From Phoronis australis (taxonomy: Eukaryota > Animalia > Phoronida), in NCBI GenBank assembly GCA_002633005.1, contig NMRA01000924.1, forward strand, positions 34,206-98,205: a stretch of 64,000 bases of DNA. Reading direction: 5' to 3'. Every line of letters starts with the position of its first letter. Within the stretch, counting starts at the first letter, position 1. The translations under genes and the position numbers were made by a program. The notes under the pieces are model-generated. The model did not search any database and was not told the DNA's origin. It saw only the letters and a program-made list of their open reading frames with translations. This document shows positions 37,101 to 46,100 of this stretch, piece after piece.

Positions 37101-40100
37101 AGTTTCACGGAGAGTAAGAATGGGTCTAGGGCCAGCGCACTGACGGGTAGGTGGAGCTGCCTGAAGTGATTATAGCTGGGTTCCAACAATAGACTCGTAC
37201 CTATTCTTCTGATCTGGGTTGAAGGTCGTTATGATACAGTTTCGAAGAAAATTTGAATTCATTATTTCTATTCTTTGAGGTACTTTTTTGGAAAGGTGAG
37301 GTCCCGAGTTACCTGGCATGAGTGCCTTTGTGGTCGTTTCAGAATCCCTAGCTGGTGAAATCATTCAGAGTGCGTCCCAAAAATGTACACACTTCAACGT
37401 CTGGAGTTCAAATTCAGTTTCCGTGGGTAACTGATATTCAACGCAGACCTACTAAATGGTTACATGGTGAACGTGTGTCTGCCAGTCATGACGTACTCCG
37501 TGCATGCGCGAACCCATAGAGGGGGGTCTCGGGGGACCCGAACGAGCCCTCCCCATTTGGTAACGTGGGCCAAAATGTCCGCCTCAAAGAAACAAAAAGT
37601 CCAAGAAAAATGAGACAAAAGTCCACTAAGACAGGAATTCGGCGTATGCACAATTCATAGCCCTGAACAAGTCCCGTATTTCGTATATTTTTTCTTTAGT
37701 AAAAGGTCCACATTCTCAAAACCTCGAGCTTCCCTCTGTTTTATTATTTTGCACGCGTGCCATGTGTGTAGTATGTACGGGAAATGCAAGCAAACGATTC
37801 ATTTATGAAGAACAAAAATTCATTGCACAATACTACTAGAAACTAAAAACATCAAGGAAATGCAAAGAGAACCTTTCCAATTTGATGACCATTGACTTAG
37901 AGATTTTATTTGTTTAAGTACTTAAACGTCTTTAACGATCTGCGGTTTGTAAACTTAAACCCAGTAATCTAGTTCCTAAGCCAAGAAACAATTTACTGTC
38001 ATTCGAAGTGTGAGGATATTTTGGGACACTTGGTAGAACTGTCCGAATTTTATCAATTTCCTTGAGACTTTTTTCAGATAGACAAAAATCATTTAGTGTG
38101 CTTTTATATTTGGGGATCTGATGATAGATCGAAATTTCCCAATGTCGGCCTGCAACTAAGTTCATTGAAGCATTGTCCTTTCTTACAAGATTATCGCCTC
38201 CCAACTGCTCCACCGAGAGAAGGTACCGACTAATATAGCCTAAACATAATTAAGCTTGGAAAAGAGTGACAGTTCAAGACTTCGCAGGACTCCTTGAAGT
38301 GACCTTCCTCAACATGAAAGTTGATTGCACGATTTCACAAAAAATATGAAAGTACACGTAATCGAGTCCAACTTTGGGCCCTCTCTCCGTGAGTGGACCC
38401 TTAAGAATTTAACTATAAAAACATAAAAAGGTGGCCACTTGAATGTCATCAATGGCCTTCTTTAAAGGTGAGGCCCTCAATATGAAAATAACGATATTTT
38501 GAAAAATCAAGAAATATGAGCAATTGATATCTGTCAGGTCATCAATTTTTCTTAAGTGATATACAATTCGAGAAAACAGCGACAGTTGTTTCCGTTATCC
38601 CTTGCCAGAGAGGGGCGTCGGGAAAATTGAGGTTTTGCAGTCGCAAAATTGACTTATTGTATTTAAAAATCCAGTGAATTAATACGCTTCGCAAAGCGGC
38701 TTCGTTTTACAATTTCTTTCAATTTTTCGAAATATTTAATTATGCATGAATCATTACGTGCACGTTTTCAAGTGCGTTTAGACAACGTGTGCTGAGAAAC
38801 CGGAGACCGCAATAACACTGTGTCCTGGCCAGGGTCGTCAAAAAGTAAACCAGGCACTGATACGGAGTTGCTAAATCTTCTCTTGAATTTTCTCTCCTAT
38901 CTGCATTTAGCAGTCTTTTTTTCTCCGCTGTCCCCGCGCCACGCGTATACTGGTTTTCACGGTTTAACCCTGACGCCTGAAAATTTTTTTGGGGGCCCAT
39001 TGCCCCCCGCCTCACCCCCGCTTCCTACGGCCCCGTTATAACATTAAAACAGGCACTGAGTTTGGCCTTGAAAATGCCACTTGAGCACCAAGTACTGAGG
39101 TCTAACCTTTGTACTCGAAATTGAGCTCAAATTACTTTCACAATTTTCGTTCTGCGTACTCAGTGCTCAAGGCAGTATATATTATTTTGTGCTCGTGAAC
39201 TTTAACGTTGAAGTGGATCTCCTATCTCGCCTTTGAAGACCCCAGCTTCATATTCGAGTCTGAAATTAAAATCTCGAGTTTTTACTCAAAATCTCGAGAT
39301 TTTAGTCTGGTTAGTAGCTTGGATCTAGTGGTTATCAAATGTGAAAATGGACTAGAATTTCATGTACTTTAACCATACAATACACGATCATAGAATTATG
39401 GCCATTCGTCTTCAATTCTAGCAAAAGTAGAGCCGACAATTTCAGACATAAATTCGAGTGAAGATGGGACCGGCGGGCCTAGCCCGTTTGTGGTACCACG
39501 GCTTGTCTATCATTTTGGGTATTGACTACAATTGTTTGTTCAGGCACGAAGAATGCGATGACGGCAATGCTGCAGATGGGGACGGTTGCAGCATACATTG
39601 CCAGGTGGAACAGCACTTTACGTGTAAAGGTACTTATGAATTTTCTTGTATCTTTCAGAAATTTGTATCTACTATAACTATGTCCTATCCTACCTTTATT
39701 CTTTGCTAACTTACATAGAACTTACATGTAGAGCCCCGTGAGTACAAAAATATTTTTTGTTTATTTTCACTTGAAAGAATCGCAGCCAAGTTGGAGTTCA
39801 TTTGACACCTTTCAGGAAAGCAAAGCCTCTGCTACAAATTCTTTGGCGACGGATTTTGTGAAGATATTGATCGAAGAGCAGGAAGTCCAGACTGTGTAGA
39901 AACGACCCCTTCTGGCTTTAAAGATCAATGGGCAACTTCAGCAGAATCGAATCCGTTTTTCGCAACGCCAGATTGCCCAGATTCATTGATTTTAGGCCAG
40001 CCAAAACTACCGTTGGTAAGTTGAAAGACTCTGTGTTTTACGTCAAAAGTTAAAATACTAACTCGTTACAGCAATTACATGTACAAGACTAAAAGTGACC

Positions 40101-43100
40101 AAAAATTCACCAAATTCATATATTAAAAGAAGCGTTTTTGTTTCTGAATCTTAGAAATTACGTTGCCTCAGGACGACCTTCGCAATATACGTACGTTTAC
40201 CACCTAAAGCTCCCGTTTGGAACCAATGTATTAGTGTCTAAGGAATCCGATATCTTTTGGGGTCTAAATATTTTACTCCCTAAGAATCGTGAGTGCCATC
40301 TCAATTACTGCCTGAAAATCACATTCGTTCTTAAATTTGCACTGCTTCATTTAGTTTTTCAGAATCNAATGCAAAGAGAACTTTTCCAATTTGATGACCA
40401 TTGACTTAGAGATTGTATTTGTTTAAGTACTTAAACGTTTTATTTTTCCATCTGCGGTTTGTAATCTAATTCCTAATCCAAGAAACAATTTACTGTCATT
40501 CGAAGTGTGAGGATATTTTGGGACACTTTGTAGAACTGTCCGAATTTTATCAATTTCCTTGAAACTTTTTTCAGATAGACAAAAACCATTTAGTGCGCAT
40601 TTATATTTGGGGATCTGATACTAGATCGAAATTTCCCAATGTCGGCCTGCAACTAAGTTCATTGAAGCATTGTCCTTTCTTACAAGATTAGCGTCTCCGA
40701 ACTGCTCCACGAGAGAGAGAGTACTGACTAAAATAGGGCGCTTCAATTATGAAAGCCTATACATAATTAAGCTTGGAAAAGAGTGACAGTTCATTCTATC
40801 GTCGTGTGGTCACAAGACTTCGCAGGACTCCTTGAAGTGACCTTCCTCAACATGAAAGCTGGTTGCACGATTTCACAAAAAACAGGAAAGTACACGTAAT
40901 CGAGTCCAACTTTGGGCCCTCTCTCCGTGAGTGGACTTAAGAATTTATCTATAAAAACATAAAAAGGTGGCCACTTGAATGTCATCAATGGCCTTCTTTA
41001 AAGTTGAGGCCCTCAATATGAAAATATCTATATTTTGAAACATCAAGAAATATGAGCAATTAATATCTGTCAGGTCATCAGTTTTTCTTAAGTGATATAC
41101 AATTCGAGAAAATAGCGACAGTTGTTATCCCTTGCCAGAGAGGGGCGTCGGGAAAATTGTGGTTTTGCAGTCGCAAAATTGACTTTATTGAATTTAGAAA
41201 TCCAGTGGATTAATATGCTTCGCAAAGCGGCTTCGTTTTACAATTTCTTTCAATTTTTCGAAATATATAATTATGCTTGAATCATTACGTGCACGTTTTC
41301 AAGTGCGTTTAGACAACGTGTGCTGAGAAACCGGAGACCGCAATAACACTGTGTCCTGGTCAGGGTCGTCAAAAAGTAAATCAGGCACTGGTACGGAGTT
41401 GCTAAATCATCTCTTGAATTTTCTCTCCTATCTACATTTAGCAGTCTTTTTTTCTCCACTGTCCCCGCGTCAAGCGTATACTGGTTTCCACGGTTTAACC
41501 CTGACGCCTGAAAAATTTTTTGGGGGGCCCATTGCCCCCTGCCCCACCTGCCGCTTCCTACGGCCCCGTTATAACATTAAAACAGGCACTGAGTTTGGCC
41601 TTGAAAATGCCACTTGAGCACCAAGTACTGAGGTCTAACCTTTGTACTCGAAATTGAGCTCAAATTACTTTCACAATTTTCGTTCTGCGTATACAGTGCT
41701 CAAGGCAGCATATATTATTCTGTGCTCGTGAACTTTAACGTTGAAGTGGATCTCCTATCTCGCCTTTGTAGACCCCAGCTTCATATTCGAGTCTGAATTT
41801 AAAATCTCGAGTTTTTACTCAAAATCTCGAGATTTTAGTCTCGTTAGTAGCTTGGATCTAGTGGTTATCAAATGTGAAAATGGACTAGAATTTCATGTAC
41901 TTTAACCATACAATACACGATCACAGAATTATGGCCATTCGTCTTCAATTCTAGCAAAAGTAGAGCCGACAATTTCAGACATAAATTCGAGTGAAGATGG
42001 GACCGGCGGGCCTAGCCCGTTTGTGGTACCACGGCTTGTCTATCATTTTGGGTATTGACTACAATTGTTTGTTCAGGCACGAAGAATGCGATGACGGCAA
42101 TGCTGCAGATGGGGACGGTTGCAGCATACATTGCCAGGTGGAACAGCACTTTACGTGTAAAGGTACTTATGAATTTTCTTGTATCTTTCAGAAATTTGTA
42201 TCTACTATAACTATGTCCTATCCTACCTTTATTCTTTGCTAACTTACATAGAACTTACATGTAGAGCCCCGTGAGTACAAAAATATTTTTTGTTTATTTT
42301 CACTTGAAAGAATCGCAGCCAAGTTGGAGTTCATTTGACACCTTTCAGGAAAGCAAAGCCTCTGCTACAAATTCTTTGGCGACGGATTTTGTGAAGATAT
42401 TGATCGAAGAGCAGGAAGTCCAGACTGTGTAGAAACGACCCCTTCTGGCTTTAAAGATCAATGGGCAAATTCAGCAGAATCCAATCCGTTTTTCGCAACG
42501 CCAGATTGCCCGGATTCATTGATTTTAGGCCAGCCAAAACTACCGTTGGTAAGTTGAAAGACTCTGTGTTTTACGTCAAATGTTCAAATACTAACTCGTT
42601 ACAGCAATTACATGTGCAAGACTAAAAGTGACCGAAAATTCACCAAATTCATATATTAAAAGAAGCGTTTTTGTTTCTGAATCTTAGAAATTACGTTGCC
42701 TCAGGACGGCCTTCGCAATATACATACGTTTACCACCTAAAGCTCCCGTTTGGAATCAATGTATTAGTGTCTAAGGAATCCGATATCTTTTGGGGTCTAA
42801 ATAATTTACCCCCTAAGAATCGTGAGTGCCATCTCAATTACTGCCTGAAAATCACATTCGTTCTTAAATTTGCACTGCTTCATTTAGTTTTTCAGAATCA
42901 GTCATTTTGTTTTGCTTCTAAGTCCTGATGATATAGGGCAATAACGCTCGACTAGAAATTATATAACTTACGTTCCTCTTTCTCCGTGTTGTCAATATAA
43001 CTCACTCTAAGAAAACAAAGTTTGAGGGAAATGGCCACTTTATTCCTAAAGCCTTGTTTTGAAGTTCTAAAAACGCGTTCTATAGCTCCATATTTTTACT

Positions 43101-46100
43101 ACTGTTGTAGTGTATCGCAAAATTTCACTACTCATCACTGATGCAAACACCGTCTGCCTATTTTAGTCGTGTGGTGCAGACTTTGACAGGAAAAGTCACT
43201 GGTCACCATGCGGTCACTCATATAGTGACGAAGATTTCTGGGTGAAGGTAAGTCACGCCATCTTTCGTCAGACCTAAGTGAAGGTAAATCACTCCATCCT
43301 TCCTTATTTGCATGGTTATTCTTTAAGTTTACATCTCAATTCCATACCACTTGTCCATAAGCACAGCAAATGAAAAACAAAAACAGCATCAGAAAGCGGA
43401 TATAGCGAAAAACGCGATGTGTAAACAATTTATGCATGTATACCTCGTTTGGTCTTTTTCATATTCAAAATCCCAATTAGGCGAAATTTTTGCCACTTTA
43501 CAAGTTACTTTAACAATTCTCGACTCTAAAGTTTAAATATCAGTTTTACTTTCTGCGACTCTTAATATTTAATTTTCATCGGCACTCACAGAGTACATTG
43601 GAAGTGTACACTGTATCTATGTAATGTTTGCTTAGAAATAAAAAAAAACGCACATATGAATATCGACAAGGTATGTATCTTTTTCAAGGTGACTTTCGAC
43701 TCTCCTGAGATCGCCGCCGCTGTGCTTATTTACGTTGCTTCTGATGGGCGTGACAACGACGGGGAGGAGGCGCCTCACGTAGTCCACGTGACATTGATCG
43801 ACACTTTTGATACTGAACGACTAACATTTGACGTCAATGCAAGCTGCAAGGAAAACCCGATGCGTGTTAACGTACACCAGGATCTAACCAAATCGTTCTT
43901 CAAAACACAAGGTAAATGGAATGTCAAAGATGTCCGCTTGAGCAACAAAAATAACAAACTACAAATTACGTCATAAAATGCTTTCATATTTGGTAAAATG
44001 CTAGAGTTGTTTGATATATATCTGACAGTGATGATGCATTTAGGATATGAACCCTACTAGTCATAGTTTAACAATTTGCAGGAGTCAGGATCAAGTTCAC
44101 TTCCTTCAGGTTTGCTGTGTCAGCCGTCGTATTAAGATCGCCTAAGTTCTTGGATCCATTCACCTTGAAAACCTGCACTGAAACTCAACTGTACAACCCG
44201 ACAGTCAGGCAGTGTTTCAGTTACAATAATTGCAAAAGGGCTCAATGTGATGACCCACCTGAAGTTGTAAATGGAAGACTCCTGTGCACCGGAAACCACG
44301 AGGGTGCCACGTGCTCAGTCAAGTGCAATGAAGGGTAGGGAATTAGTGTCCAAACATGTAGTTAAAAGTGGGCGTGGCAAGTATACGTTTAATGATAATG
44401 AAGGTGATCTGGAGTGTCAACAGTATGGCGAAGAGACGAGAAGTGCAACATGCTTGTAACCACGTCAAGACCCAACGTACAGGTGTAGAATAAATAAATA
44501 AATTACATGGCCCCTGTTAATTAAGCTTCGCTGAAATCATTTAAAGTCGTCTACACAATAGTACAATATAGAGAATATATCCCAACGCAAAAAGTAGCCA
44601 GCTTATTTCTTATAAGTTCCTCAAATTCTGTTTTCCTTTTAGGTACAACCTTGCAAACAATACCAAAATCACGTGCGTGGCCGGAATTTGGTCTGGTGTA
44701 GAAAAGGTTGTATGTCAGCCAGTCACGTGTACCAAGCCGGAAGTGCCCTTCGCTGCAATGTCATGTGACGGTACAACGTTTCGAAAACGGTGTGTTTTCA
44801 CCTGCCAGGGTCCTGCTGTTTTGCAAGGTCAGATTCTGTGTCTTTTTTGAAAAAATCGTTATTTGGAAATACATGCACCATGGTCTGGAATAAGACTTTT
44901 AAATCTCTTATAGTTTCAATCTAGAACTAGAAATTCACTATACATCGCAAGCAAAGCAATGGACCTTACACGATAGGTGTCGGTAGATGTTCAATTCCCA
45001 TATGTAGAGTTAGGGTGAAACTTCAGGTGTAGATGTTCTTAGAAAAGTAGATATAACTTTCAAACGATCGAGGTAGGCATTTTCGTGGGGGGAGGTTATT
45101 AACTCTGGAGTGTGCGTCATTCCACTGTTGTTTGGTACCCATATCTACACAACGCAATAGAACGTAGTAGGCTGCGACAATGCACTGTAAATACACTCAG
45201 TGCCTGTTTTGGGACGTTTGCAAACTTTTATCTACCGGAAGATGGATTGCCACATTTTGTTCTCTTCCCCAAACACCTACCTGTACATGCATAACAAATT
45301 CGGGCTACAATGGCAATGGGAAACTCTTTACAGATGTTGTTGCAATTGCATGCTCCATTGTGTTCAATTGTAAATTTCAGGTTCCGACAATGTGCTGCTC
45401 TGCGAAGCAGATGGATTGTGGTCCCTTCCACAATCCTTTTGCAAAATAAAATGTTCACCATTATCTGAACTTCCGGAGGGTACCGAACTGATCACCCGAA
45501 GTTGTAGCCGAAACCCAATGGACGTTGGAACGCGTTGTAAAATGCATTGCGCTAAAGGATATTACGTCCAGGGGTTCAAGACAAACAAGGCCAAAAGGTA
45601 ACGAAGGGAACACGTGACCTGTAACATGGCGAATGGGATACTTCAATATAACAGCGTGACGGCCTCACCCGTGGTACCGGATACCAGTGGTTTTTAAATG
45701 ACAACGAGACAATTCAAATTTTGTTTGAAAAACGTCACGTCTAATATGCGTACGATGTAAATGGTTCTTTGCAAGAAATAGAATGTTTCCCTGTGCACTC
45801 CGCTTTGACAAGGAAGTGCCTTCTGATACAGCCGGGTACCGATGAGATTTACCCGTCGTTTCACTTGACCAGTCTCCGTTTGTTTCTGGAAGTCTCTCGC
45901 GACATTCGTGTGTTCTTATCAATGGCGTTAGTCAGATTTTGCGTCAGGTGTCAGTTTATTCAATAACTGTCACAAATCTTAAGGAATTAAAAATAAGCAG
46001 TACCGCTGGCATTATGACGTCACATGAAAATGTGAAGATGTCACTCCAATGCCGTGTTAAATGCGTCCTAAACATTTTTTGCAGAAATAGCCATTCATTT

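Larger units (their letters stand above)
37859..42899 (+). repeat. ~2.5 kb direct duplication (37859-40366 and 40368-42899) joined by a single N
   Basis: Both copies begin aatgcaaagagaa and end tttttcagaatc; N at 40367; scattered SNPs and small indels. Confidence 0.95.
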
